Positions 18,601 to 36,600 of a stretch of 64,000 bases of DNA are shown here, in pieces (position 1 is the first letter of the stretch; the number at the start of each line of letters is the position of its first letter). The translations under genes and the position numbers were made by a program. Below the pieces are notes generated by a model. The model did no database searches and was not told where the DNA came from. It worked only from the letters and a program-made list of their open reading frames with translations. The DNA is from Eledone cirrhosa (taxonomy: Eukaryota). The DNA is taken from positions 349,618,001 through 349,682,000 of the forward strand of contig OZ024742.1 of assembly GCA_964016885.1 (NCBI GenBank), read 5' to 3'.

Positions 18601-21600
18601 TATGTTATATATGGTATATATATGTTATACATATGTTATATATATGTTATATATATGTTATATATATGTTATATATATGTTATAAAATTTATATATGTTA
18701 TACATATGTTATATACATGTTACATATGTTATATATATGTTATATATATGTTATATATATGTTATATATATGTTATACTCATGTTATACATATGTTATAT
18801 ATATGTTATATATATGTTATATATATGTTATATATATGTTATATATATGTTATATATATGTTATATATGTTATATATATGTTATATATATGTTATATATA
18901 TATTATATATATGTTATATATGTTATCTATATGTTATATATATGTTTTATATAAGTTATATATGTTATATATAGGTTATATATATGTTATATATGTTATA
19001 TATATGTTATACATATGTTATATATATGTTATATATATGTTATACATATGTTATATATATGAATATATATATATGTGTTATATATATGTTATATATGTTA
19101 AATATATGTTATATATATTATATATATGATATATATATGTTATATATATGTTATATATATGTTATATATAAGTTATATATATGTTATATATATGTTATAT
19201 ATATGTTATATATATGTTATATATATATTATATAGATGTTATATATGTTATCTATATCTTATATATATGTTATATATAAGTTATATATGTTATATATAGG
19301 TTATATATATGTTATATATATGTTATATATAGGTTATATATATGTTATATATGTTATATATATGTTATACATATGTTATATATATGTTATATATATGTTA
19401 TATATAAGTTATATATATGTTATATATATGTTATACATATGTTATATATATGAATATATATATATATATGTTATATATATGTTATATATGTTATATATAT
19501 TTTATATATATTATATATATGAAATATATGTTATATATATGAAATATATATGTTATACATATGTTGTACATATTTATAACATATGTTGTATATATATGTT
19601 ATATATATGTTATATATGTTATATATATCTTATATATGTGTTATATATGTTATATATGTTATACATGTTATATATGTGTTATATATGTATTATACATGTT
19701 ATATATATGTTATATATATGTTATAGATATGTTATATATATGTTATATATGTTATATATGTTATATATATGTTATATATGTTATACATATGTTATATATA
19801 TGTTATATATATGTTATATATATGTTATACACATGTTATACATATATTATATATATGTTATATATATGGTATACATATGTTATATATATGGTATATACAT
19901 ATGTTATATATATCTTATATATATATTATATATATGTTCTAATATATGTTATATATATGTTATATATATGTTATACAAATGTTATATATATGTTATATAT
20001 ATGTTGTGTATGTTATATATATGTTATATATATGTTATATATATGTTGTGTATGTTATATATATGTTATATATATGTTATACATATGTTATATATGGTAT
20101 ATACATGTTATATATATGTTATATATCTGTTATATATGTGTTATATATATGATATATATATATATTATATATATGTTATACATATGTTATACATACGTTA
20201 TACATATGTTATACATATATTATATATATGTCATATATATTTTATATATGTTATATATGTTATATATATATGTTATATATATGTTATACATATGTTATAC
20301 ATATGTTATATATATGATATATATATATGTTATATATATGTTATATATATGTTATACATATGTTATAAATATTTATAACATATGTTATATATGTGTTATA
20401 TATATGTTATATATGTTATATATATGTTATATATATGTTATATATATGTTATACATATGTTATATATATGGTATATAGATATGTTATATATATGTTATAT
20501 ATATGTTACATATAGGTTATATATATATTATATATATGTTATATATATGTTATATATATGTTATACATATGTTATATATATGGTATATATATGTTATATA
20601 TATGTTATATATATGTTATACAAATGTTATATATATATAATATATATATATGTTATATATATGTTATATATATGTTATACATATGTTATATGTATGGTAT
20701 ATATATAAGTTATATATATGTTATATATATGTTATATATATGTTATATATTTGTTATAGATATGTTATATATATGTTATATATCTGTTATATATGTGTTA
20801 TATATACGATATATATATATATTATATATATGTTATACATATGTTATACATACTTTATACATGTGTTATACATATATTATATATATGTCATATATATTTT
20901 ATATATGTTATATATATTTTATATATATATGTTATATATATGTTATACATATGTTATACATATGTTATATATATCTTATATATATATTATATATGTGATA
21001 TATGTTATATATATGTTATATATATGTTATATATATGTTATACAAATGTTATATATATGGTATATATATGTGATATATATCTTATATATGTATGTTATAT
21101 ATATGTATATATATGTTGTGTATGCTATATATATGTTATATATATGTTATATATATGTTATATGTATCGTATATATATATGTTATATATATGTTATATAT
21201 ATGTTATATATATGTTATATATATGTTATATATCTGTTATATATGTGTTATATATATGATATATATATATTATATATATGTTATACATATGTTATACATA
21301 TATTATATACATTATATATATTTTATATATGTTATATATATGTTATATATATATGTTATATATATGTTATACATATGTTATACATATGTTATATATATGT
21401 TATATATATGTTATATATATGTTATATATATGTTCTATTTATGTTATATATATGTTATATATGTTATATATATGTTATATATATGTTATATATATATTAT
21501 ATATATGTTATATATGTTATCTATATGTTATATATATGTTATATATAAGTTATATATGTTATATATATGTTATATATATGTTATATATGTTATATATATA

Positions 21601-24600
21601 TTATACAAATGTTATATATATTTTATATATATTTTATATATAAGTTATATATATGTTATATATATGTTATACATATGTTATACATATTTATACCATATGT
21701 TATATATATGTTATATATATGTTATATATGTTATATATATGTTAAATATATGTTACATATAGGTTATCTATATGTTATATATATGTTATATATATGTTAT
21801 ATATATGTTATATATATGTTATATGTATGTTATATATGTTATATATGTTATATATATGTTATATATATGTTATACAAATGTTATACATATTTATAACATA
21901 TGTTATATATATGTTATATATATGTTATATATGTTATATATATGTTATATATATGTTATATATATGTTATACAAATGTTATATATATGGTATATATATGT
22001 GATATATATCTTATATATGTATGTTATATATATGTATATATATGTTGTGTATGCTATATATATGTTATATATATGTTATATATATGTTATATGTATCGTA
22101 TATATATATGTTATATATATGTTATATATATGTTATATATATGTTATATATATGTTATATATCTGTTATATATGTGTTATATATATGATATATATATATT
22201 ATACATACGTTATACATATGTTATACATATATTATATATATTATATATATTTTATATATGTTATATATATGTTATATATATATGTTATACATATGTTATA
22301 CATATGTCATATATATGTTATATATATGTTATATATATGTTATATATATGTTCTATTTATGTTATATATATGTTATATATGTTATATATATGTTAAATAT
22401 ATGTTACATATAGTTTATATATATGTTATATATATGTTATATATATGTTATATATATGTTATATATATGTTATATGTATGTTATATATGTTATATATTTT
22501 ATATATATGTTATATATATGTTATACAAATGTTATACATATTTATAACATATGTTATATATATGTTATATATATGTTATATATGTTATATATATGTTAAA
22601 TACATGTTACATATAGGTTATATATATGTTATATATATGTTATATATATGTTATATATATGTTATATATATGTTATATATATGTTATGTGTATGTTATAT
22701 ATGTTATATATGTTATATATATGTTATATATGTGTTATACAAATGTTATATATATATAATATATATATATGTTATATATATGTTATATATATGTTATACA
22801 TATGTTATATATATGGTATATATATAAGTTATATATATGTTATATATATGTTATATATATGTTATATATATGTTATATATATGTTATATATATGTTATAT
22901 ATCTGTTATATATGTGTTATATATATGATATATATATATATTATATATATGTTATACATATGTTATACATACTTTATACATGTGTTATACATATATTATA
23001 TATATGTCATATATATTTTATATATGTTATATATATTTTATATATATATGTTATATATATGTTATACATATGTTATACATATGTTATATATATCTTATAT
23101 ATATATTATATATGTTATATATGTTATCTATATGTTATATATATGTTATATATATGTTATATATATGTTATATATAAGTTGTATATATGTTATATATATG
23201 TTATACATATGTTATATATATGATATATATATATGTTATATATATGTTATATATATGTTATACATATGATATACATATTTATAACATATGTTATATATGT
23301 TTTATATATATGTTATATATGTTATATATTACATATGTTACATATAGGTTATATATATGTTATATATATGTTATATATATGTTATATATATGTTATCCAT
23401 ATGTTATATATCTGTTATATATGTGTTATATATATGATATATATATATATTATATATATGTTATACATATGTTATACATACGTTATACATATGTTATACA
23501 CATGTTATATATATGTCATATATATGTTATATATGTTATATATATGTTATATATATGTTATACATATGTTATACATATGTTATACATATGTTATATATAT
23601 ATTATATATATGTTATATATATGTTATATATATGTTATATATATGTTATATATGTTATATATGTTATATATATGTCATATATGTTATATATATGTTATAT
23701 ATATGTTATATATATGTTATATATATGTTATATATGTTATATATGTTATATATATGTTATATATATGTTATACAAATGTTATATATATGGTATATATATG
23801 TTATATATATTTTATATATATATGTTATATATATGTTATATATATGTCGTGTATGTTATATATATGTTATATATATGTTATACATACGTTATACATATGT
23901 TATACATATGTTATATATATGTCATATATATGTTATATATGTTATATATATGTTATATATATGTTATACATATGTTATACATATGTTATATATATATTAT
24001 ATATATGTTATATATATGTTATATATATGTTATATATATGTTATATATGTATTATATGTTATATATATGTTATATATATTATATATATGTTATATATATG
24101 TTATATATATGTTATATATGTCATATATATGTTATATATGTTATATATGTTATATATATGTTATACATATTTTATATATATGTTATATATGTTATATATA
24201 TGTTATATATATGTTATACATATGTTATACATATGTTATATATGTTATTTATTTGATATATATGTTATATATGTTATATATATGTTATATATATGTTATA
24301 TATATGTTATATATGTCATATATATGTTATATATGTTATATATGTTATATATATGTTATACATATTTTATATATATGTTATATATGTTATATATATGTTA
24401 TATATATGTTATATATATGTTATATATATGTTATATATGTTATATATATGTTATATATATGTTATATATATGTTATATATATGTTATATATATGTTATAT
24501 ATGTTATATATATGTTATATATATGTCATAGATATGTTATACATATGTTATATATATGTTATATATGTTACATATTTGTTATATACATGTTATATATATG

Positions 24601-27600
24601 TTATATATGTTATATATATATTATATAATATGTTATATATATGTTATACATATATGCTATATGTATATGTTATATATATGTTATAGATATGTTATATATA
24701 TATGTTATATATGTTATATATGTTATATATATTTTATATGTTATATATATGTTATATATGTTATATATATTTTATATATATATTATATATATGTTATATA
24801 TTTGTTATACATATGTTATATATATGTTATATATATGTTATATATATGTTATATATGTTATATATGTTATATATATGTTATATATGTTATACATATTTCA
24901 TATATATGTTATATATATGTTATATATATGTCATATATATGTTATATATCTGCTATATATGTTATATATTTGTTATACATATGTTATATATATGTTATAT
25001 ATATGTTATATATATGTTATATATGTTATATATGTTATATATATGTTATATATGTTATACATATTTCATATATATGTTATATATATGTTATATATATGTC
25101 ATATATATGTTATATATCTGCTATATATGTTATATATTTGTTATATATATGTTATATATATGTTATACAATTTATATATATTATAAATATGTTATATATG
25201 TGTTATATAAATGTTATATATATGATATACATATGTTATCTATATGTTATATATATGTTATATATATGTTATATATATCTTATACATGTTATATATATGT
25301 TATATATATGTTATATAATTTATATATATTATACATATGTTATATATATATGTTATATATATATGTGATATATATGTTATATATATGTTATATATATGTT
25401 ATATATGTGTTATATATGTTATATATGTTATATATGTTATATATATGTTATATATGTGTTATATATGTTATATATATGTTATACATATGTTATATATATG
25501 TTATATATATGTTATATATATATGCTATATGTATATGTTATACATGTTATATATATGTTATATATATGTTATACAATTTATATATATTATACATATGTTA
25601 TATATGTGTTATATATATGTTATATATATGTTATATATATGTTATATATATGTTATATATATGTTATACACATGTTATACATATGTTATATATATGTTAT
25701 ATATATGTTATACATATGTTATATATATGGTATATACATATGTTATATATATCTTATATATATGTTATATATATGTTATATATATGTTATATATATATTA
25801 TATATGTGTTATACAAATGTTATATATATGGTATATATGTTATATATATGTTATATATATATGTTATATATATGTTATATAAATGTTGTGTATGTTATAT
25901 ATATGTTATATATATGTTATACATATGTTATATATGGTATATACATGTTATATATATGTTATATATACATGTTATTTATATGTTATATATGTTATATATA
26001 TGTTATATATATGTTATATATATATTATATATATGTTACATATGTTATCTATATGTTATATATATGTTATATATAAGTTATATATGTTATATATAGGTTA
26101 TATATATGTTATATATGTTATATATATGTTATACATATGTTATATATATGTTATATATATGTAATATATAAGTTTTATATATGTTATATATATGTTATAC
26201 ATATGTTATACATATTTATAACATATGTTATATATGTGTTATATATTTGTTATATATGTTATATATATGTTATATATATGTTACATATAGGTTATATATA
26301 TGTTATATATATGTTATATATATGTTATACATATGTTATATATATGGTATATATATATGTTATGTATATGTTATATATATGTTATATATATGTTATATAT
26401 ATGTTATATATATGTTATATATATGTTATACAAATGTTATATATATGGTATATATATATGTGATATATATGTTATATATATATGTTATATATATGTTATA
26501 TATATGTTGTGTATGCTATATATATGTTATATATATGTTATCCATATGTTATATGTATGTTATATATATATGTTATATATATGTTATATATATGTTATAT
26601 ATATGTTATATATATGTTATATATATGTTATATATCTGTTATATATGTGTTATATATATGATATATATATATTATATATGTTATACATATGTTATACATA
26701 CGTTATACATATGTTATACATATATTATATATATTATATATATTTAATATATGTTATATATATGTTATATATATATGTTATATATATGTTATACATATGT
26801 TATACATATGTTATATATATGTGATATATATGTTATATATATGTTATATATATGTTATATATATGTTATATATATATTATATATATGTTATATATGTTAT
26901 CTATATGTTATATATATGTTATATATAAGTTATATATGTTATATATTGGTTATATATATATGTTATATATGTTATATATATGTTATACATATGTTATATA
27001 TACGTTATATATATGTTATATATAAGTTATATATATGTTATATATATGTTATACATATGTTATATATATGATATATATATGTTATATATATGTCATCTAT
27101 ATGTTATATATATGTTATATGTATGTTATATATGTTATATATGTTATATATATGTTATATATATGTTATACAAATGTTATATATATGGTATATATATGTT
27201 ATATATATGTTATATATATATGTTATATATATGTTATATATATGTTGTGTATGTTATATATATGTCATATATATGTTATATATATGTTATATATGTTATA
27301 TATATGTTATATATATGTTATACAAATGTTATATATATGGTATATATATGTTATATATATGTTATATATATATGTTATATATATGTTATATATATGTTGT
27401 GTATGTTATATATATGTCATATATATGTTATATATATGTTATATATGTTATATATATGTTATATATATGTTATATATTTGTTATATATGTGTTATATATA
27501 TGATATATATATATTATATATATGTTATACTTATGTTATACATACGTTATACATATGTTATACATATGTTATATATATGTCATATATATGTTATATATGT

Positions 27601-30600
27601 TATATATATGTTATATATATGTTATACATATGTTATATATATGGTATATATATATGTTATATATATGTTATATATATGTTATATATATGTTATATATATG
27701 TTATATATATGTTATATATATGTTATACAAATGTTATATATATGGTATATATATGTGATATATATGTTATATATATATGTTATATATATGTTACATATAT
27801 ATTATATATATGTTATATATATGTTATATATATGTTATATATATGTTATATATATGTTATATGTATGTTATATATGTTATATATGTTATATATATGTTAT
27901 ATATATGTTATACAAATGTTATATATATTTATAACATATGTTATATATATGTTATATATATGTTATATATGTTATATATATGTTATATATATGTTATATA
28001 TATGTTATACAAATGTTATATATATGGTATATATATGTGATATATATCTTATATATGTATGTTATATATATGTATATATATGTTGTGTATGCTATATATA
28101 TGTTATATATATGTTATATATATGTTATATGTATCGTATATATATATGTTATATATATGTTATATATATGTTATATATATGTTATATATATGTTATATAT
28201 CTGTTATATATGTGTTATATATATGATATATATATATTATATATATGTTATACATATGTTATACATACGTTATACATATGTTATACATATATTATATATA
28301 TTATATATATTCCATATATGTTATATATATGTTATATATATATGTTATACATATGTTATACATATGTCATATATATGTTATATATATGTTATATATATGT
28401 TATATATATGTTCTATTTATGTTATATATATGTTATATATGTTATATATATGTTAAATATATGTTACATATAGGTTATATATATGTTATATATATGTTAT
28501 ATATATGTTATATATATGTTATATATATGTTATATGTATGTTATATATGTTATATATTTTATATATATGTTATATATATGTTATACAAATTTTATACATA
28601 TTTATAACATATGTTATATATATGTTATATATATGTTATATATGTTATATATATGTTAAATACATGTTACATATAGGTTATATATATGTTATATATATGT
28701 TATATATATCTTATATATATGTTATATATATGTTATATATATGTTATGTGTATGTTATATATGTTATATATGTTATATATATGTTATATATATGTTATAC
28801 AAATGTTATATATATATAATATATATATATGTTATATATATGTTATATATATGTTATACATATGTTATATATATGGTATATATATAAGTTATATATATGT
28901 TATATATATGTTATATATGTTATATATATGTTATATATATGTTATATATATGTTATATATCTGTTATATATGTGTTATATATATGATATATATATATATT
29001 ATATATATGTTATACATATGTTATACATACTTTATACATGTGTTATACATATATTATATATATGTCATATATATTTTATATATGTTATATATATTTTATA
29101 TATATATGTTATATATATGTTATACATATATTATACATATGTTATATATATCTTATATATATATTATATATGTTATATATGTTATCTATATGTTATATAT
29201 ATGTTATATATATGTTATATATATGTTATATATAAGTTGTATATATGTTATATATATGTTATACATATGTTATATATATGATATATATATATATGTTATA
29301 TATATGTTATATATATGTTATACATATGATATACATATTTATAACATATGTTATATATGTTTTATATATATGTTATATATATATGTTATATATATGTTAT
29401 ATATATGTTGTGTATGTTATATATATGTCATATATATGTTATATATATGTTATATATGTTATATATATGTTATATATATGTTATATATTTGTTATATATG
29501 TGTTATATATATGATATATATATATTATATATATGTTATACTTATGTTATACATACGTTATACATATGTTATACATATGTTATATATATGTCATATATAT
29601 GTTATATATGTTATATATATGTTATATATATGTTATACATATGTTATATATATGGTATATATATATGTTATATATATGTTATATATATGTTATATATATG
29701 TTATATATATGTTATATATATGTTATATATATGTTATACAAATGTTATATATATGGTATATATATGTGATATATATGTTATATATATATGTTATATATAT
29801 GTTACATATATATTATATATATGTTATATATATGTTATATATATGTTATATATATGTTATATATATGTTATATGTATGTTATATATGTTATATATGTTAT
29901 ATATATGTTATATATATGTTATACAAATGTTATACATATTTATAACATATGTTATATATATGTTATATATATGTTATATATGTTATATATATGTTATATA
30001 TATGTTATATATATGTTATACAAATGTTATATATATGGTATATATATGTGATATATATCTTATATATGTATGTTATATATATGTATATATATGTTGTGTA
30101 TGCTATATATATATGTTATATATATGTTATATATATGTTATATGTATCGTATATATATATGTTATATATATGTTATATATATGTTATATATATGTTATAT
30201 ATATGTTATATATCTGTTATATATGTGTTATATATATGATATATATATATTATATATATGTTATACATATGTTATACATACGTTATACATATGTTATACA
30301 TATCTTATATATATTATATATATTTTATATATGTTATATATATGTTATATATATATGTTATACATATGTTAAACATATGTCATATATATGTTATATATAT
30401 GTTATATATATGTTATATATATGTTCTATTTATGTTATATATATGTTATATATGTTATATATATGTTAAATATATGTTACATATAGGTTATATATATGTT
30501 ATATATATGTTATATATATGTTATATATATGTTATATATATGTTATATGTATGTTATATATGTTATATATTTTATATATATGTTATATATATGTTATACA

Positions 30601-33600
30601 AATGTTATACATATTTATAACATATGTTATATATATGTTATATATATGTTATATATGTTATATATATGTTAAATACATGTTACATATAGGTTATATATAT
30701 GTTATATATATGTTATATATATGTTATATATATGTTATATATATGTTATATATATGTTATGTGTATGTTATATATGTTATATATGTTATATATATGTTAT
30801 ATATATGTTATACAAATGTTATATATATATAATATATATATATGTTATATATATGTTATATATATGTTATACATATGTTATATATATGGTATATATATAA
30901 GTTATATATATGTTATATATATGTTATATATATGTTATATATATGTTATATATATGTTATATATATGTTATATATCTGTTATATATGTGTTATATAGATG
31001 ATATATATATATATTATATATATGTTATACATATGTTATACATACTTTATACATGTGTTATACATATATTATATATATGTCATATATATTTTATATATGT
31101 TATATATATTTTATATATATATGTTATATATATGTTATACATATGTTATACATATGTTATATATATCTTATATATATATTATATATGTTATATATGTTAT
31201 CTATATGTTATATATATGTTATATATATGTTATATATATGTTATATATAAGTTGTATATATGTTATATATATGTTATACATATGTTATATATATGATATA
31301 TATATATATGTTATATATATGTTATATATATGTTATACATATGATATACATATTTATAACATATGTTATATATGTTTTATATATATGTTATATATGTTAT
31401 ATATTACATATGTTACATATAGGTTATATATATGTTATATATATGTTATATATATGTTATATATATGTTATCCATATGTTATATATCTGTTATATATGTG
31501 TTATATATATGATATATATATATATTATATATATGTTATACATATGTTATACATACGTTATACATATGTTATACATATGTTATATATATGTCATATATAT
31601 GTTATATATGTTATATATATGTTATATATATGTTATACATATGTTATACATATGTTATACATATGTTATATATATATTATATATATGTTATATATATGTT
31701 ATATATATGTTATATATATGTTATATATGTTATATATGTTATATATATGTCATATATGTTATATATATGTTATATATATGTTATATATATGTTATATATA
31801 TGTTATATATGTTATATATGTTATATATATGTTATATATATGTTATACAAATGTTATATATATGGTATATATATATTATATATATTTTATATATATATGT
31901 TATATATATGTTATATATATGTCGTGTATGTTATATATATGTTATATATATGTTATACATACGTTATACATATGTTATACATATGTTATATATATGTCAT
32001 ATATATGTTATATATGTTATATATATGTTATATATATGTTATACATATGTTATACATATGTTATATATATATTATATATATGTTATATATATGTTATATA
32101 TATGTTATATATATGTTATATATGTATTATATGTTATATATATGTTATATATATTATATATATGTTATATATATGTTATATATATGTTATATATGTCATA
32201 TATATGTTATATATGTTATATATGTTATATATATGTTATACATATTTTATATATATGTTATATATGTTATATATATGTTATATATATGTTATACATATGT
32301 TATACATATGTTATATATATATTATATATATGTTATATATATGTTATATATATGTTATTTATATGTTATATATGTTATTTATTTGATATATATGTTATAT
32401 ATGTTATATATATGTTATATATATGTTATATATATGTTATATATGTCATATATATGTTATATATGTTATATATGTTATATATATGTTATACATATTTTAT
32501 ATATATGTTATATATGTTATATATATGTTATATATATGTTATATATATGTTATATATATGTTATATATGTTATATATATGTTATATATATGTTATATATA
32601 TGTTATATATATGTTATATATATGTTATATATGTTATATATATGTTATATATATGTCATAGATATGTTATACATATGTTATATATATGTTATATATGTTA
32701 CATATTTGTTATATACATGTTATATATATGTTATATATGTTATATATATATTATATAATATGATATATATATGTTATACATATATGCTATATGTATATGT
32801 TATATATATGTTATAGATATGTTATATATATATGTTATATATGTTATATATGTTATATATAGTTTATATGTTATATATATGTTATATATGTTATATATAT
32901 TTTATATATATATTATATATATGTTATATATTTGTTATACATATGTTATATATATGTTATATATATGTTATATATATGTTATATATGTTATATATGTTAT
33001 ATATATGTTATATATGTTATACATATTTCATATATATGTTATATATATGTTATATATATGTCATATATATGTTATATATCTGCTATATATGTTATATATT
33101 TGTTATACATATGTTATATATATGTTATATATATGTTATATATATGTTATATATATGTTATATATGTTATATATGTTATATATATGTTATATATGTTATA
33201 CATATTTCATATATATGTTGTATATATGTTATATATATGTCATATATATGTTATATATCTGCTATATATGTTATATATTTGTTATATATATGTTATATAT
33301 ATGTTATACAATTTATATATATTATAAATATGTTATATATGTGTTATATATATGTTATATATATGATATACATATGTTATCTATATGTTATATATATGTT
33401 ATATATATGTTATATATATCTTATACATGTTATATATATGTTATATATATGTTATATAATTTATATATATTATACATATGTTATATATATATGTTATATA
33501 TATATGTGATATATATGTTATATATATGTTATATATATGTTATATATGTGTTATATATGTTATATATGTTATATATGTTATATATATGTTATATATGTGT

Positions 33601-36600
33601 TATATATGTTATATATATGTTATACATATGTTATATATATGTTATATATATGTTATATATATATGCTATATGTATATGTTATACATGTTATATATATGTT
33701 ATATATATGTTATACAATTTATATATATTATACATATGTTATATATGTGTTATATATATGTTATATATATGTTATATATATGTTATATATATGTTATATA
33801 TATGTTATACACATGTTATACATATGTTATATATATGTTATATATATGTTATACATATGTTATATATATGGTATATACATATGTTATATATATCTTATAT
33901 ATATGTTATATATATGTTATATATATGTTATATATATATTATATATGTGTTATACAAATGTTATATATATGGTATATATGTTATATATATGTTATATATA
34001 TATGTTATATATATGTTATATATATGTTGTGTATGTTATATATATGTTATATATATGTTATACATATGTTATATATGGTATATACATGTTATATATATGT
34101 TATATATACATGTTATTTATATGTTAAATATGTTATATATATGTTATATATATGTTATATATATATTATATATATGTTACATATGTTATCTATATGTTAT
34201 ATATATGTTATATATAAGTTATATATGTTATATATAGGTTATATATATGTTATATATGTTATATATATGTTATACATATGTTATATATATGTTATATATA
34301 TGTAATATATAAGTTTTATATATGTTATATATATGTTATACATATGTTATACATATTTATAACATATGTTATATATGTGTTATATATTTGTTATATATGT
34401 TATATATATGTTATATATATGTTACATATAGGTTATATATATGTTATATATATGTTATATATATGTTATACATATGTTATATATATGGTATATATATATG
34501 TTATGTATATGTTATATATATGTTATATATATGTTATATATATGTTATATATATGTTATATATATGTTATACAAATGTTATATATATGGTATATATATAT
34601 GTGATATATATGTTATATATATATGTTATATATATGTTATATATATGTTATACAAATGTTATATATATGGTATATATATATGTGATATATATGTTATATA
34701 TATATGTTATATATATGTTATATATATGTTATCCATATGTTATATGTATGTTATATATATATGTTATATATATGTTATATATATGTTATATATATGTTAT
34801 ATATATGTTATATATATGTTATATATCTGTTATATATGTGTTATATATATGATATATATATATTATATATGTTATACATATGTTATACATACGTTATACA
34901 TATGTTATACATATATTATATATATTATATATATTTAATATATGTTATATATATGTTATATATATATGTTATATATATGTTATACATATGTTATACATAT
35001 GTTATATATATGTTATATATATGTTATATATATGTTATATATATGTTATATATATGTTATATATATTATATATATGTTATATATGTTATCTATATGTTAT
35101 ATATATGTTATATATAAGTTATATATGTTATATATTGGTTATATATATGTTATATATGTTATATATATGTTATACATATGTTATATATACGTTATATATA
35201 TGTTATATATAAGTTATATATATGTTATATATATGTTATACATATGTTATATATATGATATATATATGTTATATATATGTCATCTATATGTTATATATAT
35301 GTTATATGTATGTTATATATGTTATATATGTTATATATATGTTATATATATGTTATACAAATGTTATATATATGGTATATATATGTTATATATATGTTAT
35401 ATATATATGTTATATATATGTTATATATATGTTGTGTATGTTATATATATGTCATATATATGTTATATATATGTTATATATGTTATATATATGTTATATA
35501 TATGTTATATATTTGTTATATATGTGTTATATATATGATATATATATATTATATATATGTTATACTTATGTTATACATACGTTATACATATGTTATACAT
35601 ATGTTATATATATGTCATATATATGTTATATATGTTATATATATGTTATATATATGTTATACATATGTTATATATAGGGTATATATATATGTTATATATA
35701 TGTTATATATATGTTATATATATGTTATATATATGTTATATATATGTTATATATATGTTATACAAATGTTATATATATGGTATATATATGTGATATATAT
35801 GTTATATATATATGTTATATATATGTTACATATATATTATATATATGTTATATATATGTTATATATATGTTATATATATGTTATATATGTTATATACTTT
35901 ATATATATGTTATATATTTTATATATATGTTATATATATGTTATATGTATGTTATATATGTCATATATATGTTATATATGTTATATGCATGTTATATATA
36001 TATGTTATATATATATGTTATATATATGTTATATATATGTTGTGCATGCTATATATATGTTATATATATGTTATCCATATGTTATATGTATGTTATATAT
36101 ATATGTTATATATATGTTATATATATGTTATATATATGTTATATATATGTTATATATATGTTATATATCTGTTATATATGTGTTATATATATGATATATA
36201 TATATTATATATGTTATACATATGTTATACACATACGTTATACATATGTTATACATATATTATATATATTATATATAATTTATATATGTTATATATATGT
36301 TATATATATATGTTATATATATGTTATACATATGTTATACATATGTTATATATATGTTATATATATGTTATATATATGTTATATATATGTTATATATATG
36401 TTATATATATATTATATATATGTTATATATGTTATCTATATGTTATATATATGTTATATATAAGTTATATATGTTATATATTGGTTATATATATGTTATA
36501 TATGTTATATATATGTTATACATATGTTATATATACGTTATATATATGTTATATATAAGTTATATATATGTTATATATATGTTATACATATGTTATATAT

